This document shows positions 1-11,820 of a stretch of DNA of 50,929 nt, piece after piece. The translations under genes were made by a program, and so were the position numbers. The DNA is taken from positions 3,876,251 to 3,927,179 of the forward strand of contig NC_069003.1 of the NCBI RefSeq assembly GCF_001194135.2, in the 5' to 3' direction. Source of the DNA: Octopus bimaculoides (lineage: Eukaryota). The notes under the pieces were generated by a model. It was not told where the DNA came from, made no database searches, and saw only the letters and a program-made list of their open reading frames with translations. The number at the start of each line of letters is the position of its first letter. Within the stretch, counting starts at the first letter, position 1.

Positions 1-449
1 TATATGCACAGATACAATACACACATACGTAACATCCTTGCAAAACTCGGGACGAGTCATCGTTAATAAACTGCACAAAGCTGCCTACATCTGTATCGTC
101 AAAAGTCAATGTATTCGACATGTACATGTTTATATAAACACAAAAGTTCTTGACGGTGATAAGTTACTATTCACGTGAAGTTCAGGTTTTAAAAAAGACA
201 TTAGGAGATATAACGTGACTGCAACCAGGGGATGAACAGGATTGCAATACGGATCGAAGATCAACCCCATTGTATTCAGAAATGTATGTATGTGCGTGAG
301 TGTGTGTGTGTGTTTGTGTGCCTGCTTGAATGTGTGTGAGAATAACTGAGAATGATTTCTATGATATTTCTTATGTAAATATGATATTTAACAAAACCGA
401 CACATTTATCACAAACGTAAACATATGTATATGTACACACACACATAAA

Positions 450-553
450 TATATATATATATACATACATGCATATATATATATATATATACATACATGC
501 ATATATATATATATATATACATACATGCATATATATATATATATATACATACA
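450..553. repeat. Tandem repeat, about 28-bp unit ACATACATGC(AT)n, running into a gap
   Basis: ACATACATGC followed by an AT tract recurs three times at about 28-bp spacing, with a fourth partial copy. Confidence 0.85.
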
Positions 554-754
554 NNNNNNNNNNNNNNNNNNNNNNNNNNNNNNNNNNNNNNNNNNNNNNN
601 NNNNNNNNNNNNNNNNNNNNNNNNNNNNNNNNNNNNNNNNNNNNNNNNNNNNNNNNNNNNNNNNNNNNNNNNNNNNNNNNNNNNNNNNNNNNNNNNNNNN
701 NNNNNNNNNNNNNNNNNNNNNNNNNNNNNNNNNNNNNNNNNNNNNNNNNNNNNN

Positions 755-814
<60 letters not shown>

Positions 815-815
815 C

Positions 816-858
<43 letters not shown>

Positions 859-924
859 TGTGTGTGTATTGATATATCTATGTAGATATGTACAGATGAA
901 TAAATATGCGCAAGTACATGTATG

Positions 925-955
<31 letters not shown>

Positions 956-1566
956 TACATTTATAAACCACACTTACGCACGTACAACATAGACGCATAC
1001 ATTCACACACACACAAATATATATGTATATAGATATGTTTTTATATGATTGCTTTCAAACACACTGCTATACGCATACACATCGTTTACAAACAACTAGG
1101 TATTGTGTAAAGCAGAGACCATCAGTCTCCTAGGATGTGTTTGTTTATTAAGAATAGTGTTATATGACAGCTTATCTTGGAAAACATGAATTTCTATACC
1201 GTTTAAATCCTTTAAGTTATATGCAAATACATCATGCAACATGCACAGACAGACATAGTTAAATATATAGGAGCGCATAAATGGGTAAACAGTTCTAACA
1301 TACATTTAAATACATATATATATATATGTATGTATATACATATATATATGTATGTATGTATAAATATATATATGTAAATATATGTGTGTGTATATATGTA
1401 TATACATGTGTGTGTACACATGTATGTATACCTTTGTTAATATCATATATATTTATGTTTGTGTGTGAATCTGTGAGTGTGTCTTTATATGAAAATATAT
1501 ATACATACACACACACACACATATATATATTCATGAGAGTATTTCTTTGTGGAAGTGAGAGCAATG

Positions 1567-1598
<32 letters not shown>

Positions 1599-1968
1599 GT
1601 ATATTTTTCTTGTGTGTTTGTCTGTGAGTCTGTGTGTGTTTGTATTTGTTTAAACAAACTTTATCGCAACATTGCAATGTATAAGATTATAGTTTAATGT
1701 CTTCACAACCTTTTCGAATCAACGTGCTGTAAAACATACACGTCCACAACAGTGTGAAATAACAATAGCTCAGAAGCGATGTATTTATATCAAACAAGGA
1801 AATATATATTTTCTCTTCACAAAACCTCAGTTCTAACTAGCGATATATAAATACATTTGTACGTCAGTATGCATGCATGTTCCTTAACACACAGCCACGA
1901 TTGTGTATGTATATATACCTGTATGACTATACATGCACGAAACAAAAAAGATATATGTATATATATAT

Positions 1969-2310
1969 AAGGTACCATCCATTCCATCTAACTTCAGGAC
2001 CAGGTACAACAATGCCATGGTGTTCAAAGGCCCACAGCAATTAAGAAATTTGCATAAGGTGGAAGTAGATATTTTCAAAATGGATCTAGGCATTCTTCTC
2101 TCCACAATACCGGGTGAACCGACAGCCCGACATGTGGTACAGACAAGGGCATCGGAATCAAACTCCTTTATACACCAAATGGGCCAACAGTTAGGACAAA
2201 GGCTTACATAGGAGTGGTGATGTGAAATAACCCGAGCTAACAAATGACCGGAAACATGGTAGTGGTGCCCCAACATGACCGCAGTCGCATGGCTGCAACG
2301 AGTAAAAGAG

Positions 2311-2314
<4 letters not shown>
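1969..2314 (+). mobile_element. 5'-truncated 3' end of a CR1-group LINE (ORF2 C-terminus plus 3' UTR)
   Basis: KVPSIPSNFRTRYNNAMVFKGPQQLRNLHKVEVDIFKMDLGILLSTIPGEPT..RASESNSFIHQ resembles the CR1/L2-group ORF2 end (GPxLFNxLP..RNL...FK..LD.FL..VPDEP...SNSL). It is followed by a UTR ending in GAGTAAAAGAGTAAA. Clade assignment is from memory of the family. Confidence 0.75.
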
Positions 2315-2350
<36 letters not shown>

Positions 2351-2525
2351 TATATGTGTATAAATGGAAGAAAAAACGCANNNNNNNNNNNNNNNNNNNN
2401 NNNNNNNNNNNNNNNNNNNNNNNNNNNNNNNNNNNNNNNNNNNNNNNNNNNNNNNNNNNNNNNNNNNNNNNNNNNNNNNNNNNNNNNNNNNNNNNNNNNN
2501 NNNNNNNNNNNNNNNNNNNNNNNNN

Positions 2526-2576
<51 letters not shown>

Positions 2577-3240
2577 AATATATATATATATACACAATAA
2601 CACTCTGTCTGTCTGTCCCTGCCTCTACTCTACATAGCCTTTCTATATATTTATAACACGCTCTGTGCCGTCGATATTTAAACTCGTACGCTATATGTAT
2701 TTCTCTACGTCATATACTCTACCATGCTCGACCATAATATATTTTTTTTTAAATTCAACTTAACGAGACATCTAATGCATTCAACTTTCACCTATTTACT
2801 TACTGCGCTATAAACATGTTCCTCTTGAAACGAAAAACAGTAATAATTTGCAATTACACATTTAACATTCAGACACTTAGTGTTTGTTGTTGCTTCCTCG
2901 TGTCTATAAAATTAATATTGTTTTTCATGAACTTTTGAAGTGAATCTGAACCATTAAACTTATTGCATACGTTTGTTTGTTTTGCACTGAATGCATGAAA
3001 TATATCTTAAATGCGTCGCTTTTACATAAACTGAACCTGCTATTTCTTGAAATTTCCTATCCACATTTTTCAATAATGCATCCTATTTGAAAAATCGAAT
3101 ATTCATGCATGGAACTTTTTCTAAACTAACAAATCCATGTCATGCTTGGCCCCAACTTTACACACGAACACAGGAAACACCCTCAATATCAAGTAAATAC
3201 AGTCCTAGTCTAATCTAACCCACACAATTACTAAGGTCTT

Positions 3241-3447
3241 AAATACTCTTTTCTACTCTAGGCACAAGTTCTGAAATCTTTGGGGAGGAGGCCAGTCGGT
3301 TAGATCGACCTTAATACGCAACTGGTACTTAATATATCGACCTCGAAAGAATGAAAAGCAAAGTCTACCTCGGCAGAAATTGAACTCGGAATTTAAAGAC
3401 AGACGAAATATCCAGCGTGCTAACGTTTCTGCCAGCTTGCTGCCTTA
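3241..3447 (-). mobile_element. SINE-B (tRNA-derived), near full length with a small deletion in the head; tail type 1
   Basis: Reverse complement matches the + copy at 14011-14228: A-box-like TGGCAGAAACGTTAG, B-box-like GAGTTCAATTTC, tail CTTGTGCCTAGAGTAGAAAAG. Confidence 0.92.
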
Positions 3448-3825
3448 AAGGTCTTTGATACTGGACTTTGTGTCTTAGGGCTGTGTATTGTTAAAACAAA
3501 TGATTAAATCTAATTACACCAAAAATAACCAAAATACAGTCACAACTTGTGCCTACCTAAAAGAAAAGAGAGAAACAGGCACACGCTTCTTTACAAAGTA
3601 CTTTATGCATAAATAAATTCTAAACATACCACCAAATTTAATAGCCGACGATAATGTATCGTAGCTCTCCACTCCGACATTCGAACCTATGAGTACTATA
3701 ATGACAACCTTTTACTGTTTGTTCTAAATTATAACATAAATAATCCTCTATTTATCTAATATCGAGGTCTCGTTCTTTTATTGTTATGTTTTATTATCAT
3801 TATTATTGCTATTATTATATATATA

Positions 3826-4492
3826 CTAGCAGCTAAGCCCGGTTTCACCGGGTCAGAGAACGACGCGAAGAGCGAAACGAAGACATAAAAAAGAGGAAAA
3901 AATGGATACGAAGTGGGGTTTGGGAGACGGACCTTGGTAGAAAAAAAACGAATGTCATGGTGAGTTAGTAAGGAGAGCAAAACAAGACTGGACTTACGTG
4001 GGCTGGCAGGACGATGAAAAAATTGCGGAGATGAAATTGGAGTAGTTGAAGTTGCCGTTGTTATCATTGCAATGCCTCTTGGTAGACAACATTCTTCGTC
4101 CTTCCCTCGGGTGCACAAATAGAAAGATCATGGGGACAACCAACGTACAGTTGTGCGTGTGAGAATACTTGATGTGTCAGATTCAAACCAACCGCTTGCA
4201 CTGATTGTCCCTGCGACTTGTTGATTGTCATGGGAAAGCAGAATATGATGGGAAATTGCATCAGTTTAAGCTTGCAGATCGTATCGGAGTGGGTAAGGGA
4301 CATGGGAGTTATAAGTATGTCTTAGCCAGCGGCCGGTTCATCCAAGATTGTTGCCTACAAGACTCGGGAACACAATTTTTTGATAATCATCCGCGTACCA
4401 TTGCACATTATTGGAACATCTAAATTACTTAGAAGCATGATTGGTGCGCCAACTTTCAGATGCAGTTCGTGAGCTGGTAGTTCTGCGGGTCC
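3826..4492 (-). mobile_element. Helitron 3' portion with canonical terminus
   Basis: Minus-strand end CTAG|T at 3826-3829, with a CCCGGT-GAA-ACCGGG hairpin (3838-3852) 8 nt before it. The element carries the helicase C-terminus. Confidence 0.92.
4064..4492 (-). pseudogene. Helitron RepHel Pif1-like helicase C-terminal fragment
   Basis: One frame reads GPAELPAHELHLKVGAPIMLLSNLDVPIMCNGTRMIIKKLCSRVL*ATILDEPAAG*DILITPMSLTHSDTICKLKLMQFPIIFCFPMTINKSQGQSVQAVGLNLTHQVFSHAQLYVG...EGRTKNVVYQEALQ*. This matches Pif1-family motifs (LKVGAPIMLLRNL..CNGTR; QFP...FAMTINKSQGQS; FSHGQLYVA). In-frame stops at 4355-4357 and 4322-4324. Confidence 0.93.
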
Positions 4493-4544
4493 CCCCATTT
4501 GTCAGATTTGTCATGAGCCGGCCGATCTATCTCAGATACATGGG

Positions 4545-4640
4545 AAGCTGGATTAATTTTTTCATCAACACAGGGGAGCCGAAATAAATTTTTTCAATGT
4601 CCAAGGGAAGCCAAATCGCGAAAAAGGTTGAGAAATGCTG
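4545..4640 (+). mobile_element. Right end of a hAT (Charlie-like) non-autonomous element
   Basis: Ends AAAAAGGTTGAGAAATGCTG (reverse complement CAGCATTTCTCAACC), has repeated GGGA(A/G)GCC subterminal motifs, and is followed by ATCTATAA, which resembles the NTCTAGAN hAT target. No left end found. Confidence 0.6.
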
Positions 4641-5012
4641 ATCTATAACGATGGTTTTTATTTAGGCACATCGCAAAAGTAATTATAATGCAAATACAGT
4701 TAGAAAAAATATTTACCAAAAGGAGAAAGAGACAAAAATAAAATAACACGTGTCAAATTTTTTTTTTTTCTAAAAACGTTCAATGACGTTAGCTGGAGTG
4801 TGGGGTTTGAGTAGACGTCATTCCACCTTTTGATTTATCATTACCATTCTTTTCGTTCGATTTTATTTTTCCGCCACTTTTGTGCTTCTTTCTATCCTTG
4901 TGTTGTTCCCTGTGTTTCGACCCAGTGTGGTTAATAAAAAAATTAAGTCGTCTGGTATGTATATGTATGTATACATGTGTATGCGTGTTTAATAACGTAC
5001 CATATTCACACA

Positions 5013-5066
<54 letters not shown>

Positions 5067-5851
5067 TACATTCTCATTTTTATATGTATATATAGATGAA
5101 TACATGCGTGAGATGATGAAACTTATACAAATATATGTATTCATAAATATTCGTGCGTATGTGAGTGTGTGTGGCGTGAGTGTGTGTGCTTGTGTGTGTG
5201 TGTGTGCGGGTCTCTGTGTGCATGCGTGTCTTTTCATACCTTTATAATGCACATCTGGTTTCAACAGATTTCTTAGTAGTTGTTAATATATGTTTAAATT
5301 TATCTTTGTATTATCTGAAAAATCTTGATACTGCTTTTAGTGCTCCTATGATGTCATCGCAATCTCTAACACTTTGTGCTTCACACATACACAGGCACAC
5401 ACACACAAACACTCACAAATACACATATGTTATCTGTATACCGTGTGATTATGAAATCTTATAAGCACATATATGTCGATATATTAATATTGTATATTTA
5501 TATCATGAAATTACGGAATATACTCTGCAATCCTAGTAATATATAGACGTCCAGCAGATTATGTCTTTATTAAACATACCTAAATACGTATTAATACGTC
5601 CTTCCTACAATCTCTTTCTTTGTCGCTTCCATATATAATATATTTGCCTATTGTAATTTAACCAACCGATTTTTGCACTTCTTATCTCTATTCAAATAGA
5701 AGAGTTGTGCGTGGTTGTAAGCAATGTTTGAATACATTTTCTTTGTTATTAACCAGTATCAAATGTCTTGTGTACTCTTCTACAAAATTACATCTTATGC
5801 GTTTGGTCTTCTGTTGCATTAATTTGTCATAAATATATTCCGTCTGTCATT

Positions 5852-5903
5852 GTCCAACCCATGCTAGCATGGAAAGCGGACGTTAAACGATGATGATGAT
5901 GAT
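5852..5903 (+). mobile_element. Orphan 3' tail of an RTE-type LINE or RTE-tailed SINE
   Basis: GTCCAACCCATGCTAGCATGGAAAGCGGACGTTAAACGATGATGATGATGAT: a CCATGCTAGCATGG palindrome followed by a (GAT)n tail. Family recalled from cephalopod repeats, not verified. Confidence 0.6.
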
Positions 5904-6346
5904 TCGTTATTCAATATGATACATAGTATTACATGCATACCGGTAGCTTGTGTATCACGCACACTTTAGACAATTTCCGTTGATTCTAATTCAACTAGCA
6001 ATATGAATTTGCAGTCAAAGGGGAATAACTGAAATTCTAACAATTTCCATTTCTTTCACTTTCCAATCTTTTGTTCCAAATTCATATTTTCTCTCGTAAT
6101 CGCATCTGCCCTACTGTTCTGATTTGTAATTTGTATAAATCATGTCCACGGAGTCAGAGTCTGCTCCGAGACTCTAAGGTGTGTTATTATATTAGACCCT
6201 GCCTTGAAAACAACTCCAAAACAGGAAACTAATAGTTGCTCATAACTATATATTCTATACATTAAACGATATATATGTATATATATATATATAATAAAAT
6301 AATATATATATATATGCATATATACACACATACATAATACATACCT

Positions 6347-6434
<88 letters not shown>

Positions 6435-6984
6435 GGCAGACAGACAATATATACACAGACACACACATATATATACATACATATAAACATATATATATAT
6501 ATACACATATATACATATGTATATATATATAAATATACATATGTATGTGTGTGTATATGGTTTCCCATTATGTACATAGCAATATGATCGTACATGCGGA
6601 TATTTAGATTTTCGGTTTATCTTTAGATCTTTATTGAGTACAAAACATAGGTTTATGATTTCTGATGAAAACAAATACTTTCATTTATAAAATAGGAAAT
6701 ACATTACCTGCATATTATATATGAGCATATATTGTAATATATGCAGGTATATACATACATAATATATATGTATATATATTATATATATGTATATATGTAT
6801 ATATATATTATATATATATATATTTCGGTGGGAATGGTTTTGTTATATGGCGACGTGTTTTACAATCTTGCAAATAATAATAATTGTATTTACATCAGAA
6901 TAAAGCTTGTAGCGATCCCCGTGCAGTGATTAAGAGAAATGCTCAATATAATGGGGTATATCAGCCGTTGACAGATAAAAAGTA

Positions 6985-7032
6985 GGCTTTCCTATCCGCG
7001 TGGGACTCGAACCCACATCCCTTTGTTAACGC
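6985..7032 (-). other. tRNA 3'-half-like remnant (perfect T-arm); not a complete tRNA gene
   Basis: Minus strand GTGGG-TTCGAGT-CCCAC (7000-7016) followed shortly by TTTTT. The 5' half is replaced by microsatellite. Confidence 0.5.
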
Positions 7033-7061
7033 CATTAAATGTGTGTATGTTTCTGTGTGTC

Positions 7062-7110
<49 letters not shown>

Positions 7111-7126
7111 TCAAATAAATCACACG

Positions 7127-7197
<71 letters not shown>

Positions 7198-7418
7198 AAT
7201 AATAAATGAGTATATGCATATATACGTACAAGTATGTGCATACCTACATCTACCTGTATATACATAGGTGCAGATCTTGGTACAGGACATTGCAAACAAA
7301 ACGTAGACAAAAAAAAAATAATAATAACCAGAGTACAGAAAACACACAAGCCACATAGAGAACATTTTCCATCATCAGCTAATATATATATATATACATT
7401 CATGCACATGCACACATA

Positions 7419-8040
7419 CGAGGTCGTATCTAAGAAGTTTCCGGACTAATCACCTAGCTCATCAATACAGCATCTACCAGCGTTCCTGCACACATTTGGA
7501 ATCCGGCTTGGAAGTCGTTTTTCGCAAATGAGTGGAGGACGTTCTGCGATTCGCTCTGGACCTCAACAACTGTTTTAAAACGGCGACCTTTGAGCTGCAT
7601 TTTTATTTTGGGGGAAGAGACAGAAGTCTGATGTGCGAATAGGGCAGGTGCGGAAGTGATATCACGTTGTTATTTGCGAGAAACTCCCGAATGAGGAGTG
7701 CTCGATGACAGACTGCACTGTCGTCGTGAAGAATCCAATTTTTCGTGTTCCACGGTCCGGTCGTTTTCGCCGAATGTCCTTCGGCAAACTCTTCAAAACG
7801 TCGTAAAAATCTTTCGATTCACGATCAAACCGTGTATGTCGAAAAAACTATGAGCATGCTCTTGATTAAGCTGCGGTTCTTTTGTGAATTTCTTCTGTAA
7901 TGGAGATGAAAGGCTTTTCATTTTGAAGACTGCTGCTTCGTTTCAGTGTGGTCCCCGTAGACCCAACTCTCGTCCCAAGTTATGATCCTTGTCATGCAAG
8001 ATGAGTTATCAGTGACACGCTGACGGAGATCTTGACATGT
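7419..8040 (-). mobile_element. Mariner (DD34D-type) remnant: catalytic-domain pseudogene plus right TIR
   Basis: TA + CGAGGTCGTATCTAAGAAGTTTCCGGAC terminus. Minus-strand translation with frameshifts: RIITWDESWVYG..ETKQQSS, SMLIVFFDIHG, DIRRKRPD, NWILHDDSAVCHRALLIREFLANN, LPHLPYS, LFP.KMQLKGRRFKTVVEIQSESQ, WQERW. Confidence 0.93.
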
Positions 8041-8043
8041 ATG

Positions 8044-8175
8044 CGACGGGCTTATTTCAGTTTCCGTCTACGAAATCCACGAAGTTACAGTAGAAGACAC
8101 TTGCCGAAGGTGCCATGCAGTGGGACTGAACCCGGATCCATGTGGCTAGGAAGCAAGCTTCTTACCACACAGCCG
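8044..8175 (-). mobile_element. SINE-A 5' half
   Basis: Matches 12070-12234: GGCTGTGTGGTAAGAAGCTTGC, GGGTTCAGTCCC, CCTTCGGCAAGTGTCTTC, GTAGACGGAAACTGAAA. Confidence 0.92.
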
Positions 8176-8869
8176 CTAGTAATGCTATGAATGTATATAA
8201 ATATATATTTGGGTGTGTGTGTGTGTGTGTATGCGTATGTATATAGATATTCGTGGCACTCACGCGGGAATACACACACACACACACACATATGCATACG
8301 AGTATAGAAATAAACGTACGTATGTACATACATGCAGGTACACATGTATGTTTATGTGTGTACGCATCTGATTAAACCTGTAATAAAACCCCCACACACA
8401 CACATATATACACATACGTATACATATATAACACCCAAAATATATCCAATTTAGTTAATAGCTCAGGTAAAAAAAAGAATCAAGTAACTAATTTTTAGTT
8501 TCCAGCGAAATAAACTGAAATCGAGATTGATCAGACATTTTCTTTTATTTCTCGTGTCTGGTTAGAATTTGCNNNNNNNNNNNNNNNNNNNNNNNNNNNN
8601 NNNNNNNNNNNNNNNNNNNNNNNNNNNNNNNNNNNNNNNNNNNNNNNNNNNNNNNNNNNNNNNNNNNNNNNNNNNNNNNNNNNNNNNNNNNNNNNNNNNN
8701 NNNNNNNNNNNNNNNNNNNNNNNNNNNNNNNNNNNNNNNNNNNNNNNNNNNNNNNNNNNNNNNNNNNNNNNNNNNNNNNNNNNNNNNNNNNNNNNNNNNN
8801 NNNNNNNNNNNNNNNNNNNNNNNNNNNNNNNNNNNNNNNNNNNNNNNNNNNNNNNNNNNNNNNNNNNNN

Positions 8870-8908
<39 letters not shown>

Positions 8909-9755
8909 TATATAGTATATATAGATAATTAAAACGCACACACCCTACCTTAATCGCATACACGCACTGAAAGAAATTCACATCATCTAAACGCAGGCGC
9001 GTTTCTCTCTATCTCTCTCACTTTCTCTCTCTCTTGTCTTACCCTCTTCACATATATATGTTTATATATATGTATGTATGTATGTATGTATATAGATATG
9101 TGTATGTATGTATGTGTGTGTATAGTTGCATGCTCTTATATACTCTCATTAATGTATATAGATATATATGCATGGAAGAGTAATTATGTTTTGCTATACA
9201 TATATCATTTACTGTGTAAGTTTGTGTGCTTGTGGATTGCGTTCAATTTCCTATGAATAATTTTATACGCATACTTTCCAATGAGAATTATCTACTAGTT
9301 GTACATGCACGTACAACAATGATTATATACATTTTATATACATACACTTGGTTTTAATAATCTATATGATTCACATAACGATCTTAACAAGTTTATATGA
9401 AAATTATACGAAAAGCAGACGCAACACACATGTATTTCTATAACGAATATCATCGTTATTCTCCTTAATTTCGTGTTGATATTGTTGTTGTTGTTGTTGT
9501 TGTTCATACACTCGTTACAATTGGTTTCAATATCTACTTTATTGGCTGGATTTGTGTAGATAAATATGTATACAGAGATACACACATAGACACACACACA
9601 CACACACACACACAGATACGCATATACATATATCTCTATGAACATATGTAAAAATATATATGCATATATATAGATATAAATATATACATATATGTGTGTA
9701 TATATGGATATAAAATATATATATGTGTGTGTGTGTGAATATATATATGCATATT

Positions 9756-9810
<55 letters not shown>

Positions 9811-10027
9811 GCATCGATATATATTGATACCCATATAGACATAGATGTAGACATATATATNNNNNNNNNNNNNNNNNNNNNNNNNNNNNNNNNNNNNNNN
9901 NNNNNNNNNNNNNNNNNNNNNNNNNNNNNNNNNNNNNNNNNNNNNNNNNNNNNNNNNNNNNNNNNNNNNNNNNNNNNNNNNNNNNNNNNNNNNNNNNNNN
10001 NNNNNNNNNNNNNNNNNNNNNNNNNNN

Positions 10028-10097
<70 letters not shown>

Positions 10098-10446
10098 CGT
10101 TTTTACTCTGAAAATATCACAGCCACTCCATTGTTACTGATATGCTAATCGTCCTTATTATTATTATTATTGTTGTGAGTGTTTTTATATTCTGTATTAA
10201 TCCCTTAGTTGTTAGTGATATTTAATATCGCCATTAACAATGCCGTTATTAGCGATGTTCAAGTAATTTGTGTAATGTCTTTTTATTGCTATACTATATT
10301 TTATTACCTATGGCGTTATTAATATCGTCATTATTCTTTTTTTGCTACTATCGTTGTTCTTGATTTGCTCAATATTATCATTATTGTTACGTCTATTATT
10401 ATTGATGTAGCTACCAACATCGTCACTAATTTTCTTTCCTTATTAA

Positions 10447-10590
10447 GGCGCCAAGCTGACAGGTTTGTTACAACACCGCACGAAGTATTTCATAACATTT
10501 CGCCCGTCCTTCCGTTTCGTTTTCAAATTCCGCCAGGGTCGACATAGCATTGCTTTTTTACCTCATTTCAGGGTCGATAAAATAAGTACC
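10447..10590 (+). mobile_element. SINE-B, degenerate, 3'-truncated
   Basis: GGCGCCAAGCTGACAG...CAAATTCCGCCAGGGTCGAC...GGGTCGATAAAATAAGTACC. Confidence 0.8.
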
Positions 10591-10951
10591 CTATTATTAT
10601 TGTGACCTATATCATTGACTTGCTTCATATTACTGGCGTTGTACCAAAATCTTAAACCAATATTTTTCTCATTAGCAATTTTGTCATAATATCTAGCAAT
10701 TACATTGGTTACGTCCGTTTTTGTGCGGTTGATGCTAATATCTACATTGCTATTTTTCGTTATTATCAAAGTTTTTTCAGATATTTTTTATTATTGTAGA
10801 CTGCGGTTGTTTATTATTGTTGCTAATAACATCATTACCGTTTTTCCAATTGCCAATTATTTGTTCTTACGACTATGAATAATATTCTCTCTTGTTGCTA
10901 TAATAGATTGTCATTTTTCAAATAATAACGCTGTTTGTATTGATAGTATTA

Positions 10952-10988
<37 letters not shown>

Positions 10989-11326
10989 CATCATCATCAT
11001 TAGCGTTACCGTTGTAGTTATGCTGCCATTATTATTACCATTATTTTATCATATATATGATGTGATTCTTATTAGCAATATTTTCTTCTTTTTTTTTTGT
11101 CGTTGCGGATATATTTGTTTAATCCCGCCGGCCTTATTAGTGTTCTCAATATTATTGTCGCAATGGAACTTTCTAATCCTATGGGGGTCGGGGTGATTGG
11201 AAGTTGCTGGCAATGCATTTAGTATTATTAGAAAAACTTAGAAATAATTATTTTCATCAATGCTGAGTTTAAAATATCTGTGACAGTTGCTCTTGTTGTT
11301 GTTATTGTTATTATTATTATTATTAA

Positions 11327-11544
11327 GTCGGCGAGCTGGCAGAATCGGTAGCGCGCTGGACGAAATGGTCAGCGGTATTTCGCCCGTCGCTACGTTTTCA
11401 TCTCAAATTCTACCGGGCCAACTTTGGCTTTCATCCTTTCGGAGTCGATTAAATAAGTACCAGTTGAACACTGAGTGGGGGGAGTCGATGTAATCAACTC
11501 TTCCCCACCTCTCTCAAGCTACCCTTGTGGCAAAAATCTGAAAT
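11327..11544 (+). mobile_element. SINE-B, full length, tail type 2, embedded in (TTA)n
   Basis: GCGAGCTGGCAGAATCGGTAG head, AAATAAGTACCAGTTG core, CCTTGTGGCAAAAATCTGAAAT tail; (TTA)n on both sides. Confidence 0.9.
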
Positions 11545-11820
11545 GATAACAATTATTATTATTATTATTAAACTGGGGAATAATTTTTTTTATTGCATTG
11601 ATTCCAAGAATTTGTATTACCTAATTAGAGTATCCTGAATTCAAACATGAAGTTAGTTTTTTGTCTGTGAGCTCTACGCTGCTTGCAATTAATTATTGTA
11701 AATATTTTCCAGATAACTAATATTTCTTAAGATATGCTGTAATCCATCTGATAATTTTCTGTTTATACTATCTTCACACTAGGTGAAAATGAACAAATAT
11801 CTATGCATTGAGACACTAAC

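Noticed and set aside
3756-4118. 120-aa minus-strand ORF
   Set aside because: Alternative frame across the Helitron 3' end and UTR, running through its terminus into low-complexity DNA.
5580-5850. Purine-rich minus-strand stretch ending at a TAG|GTATGT donor-like site
   Set aside because: Multiple stops in every frame; at best an unrecognisable decayed element.
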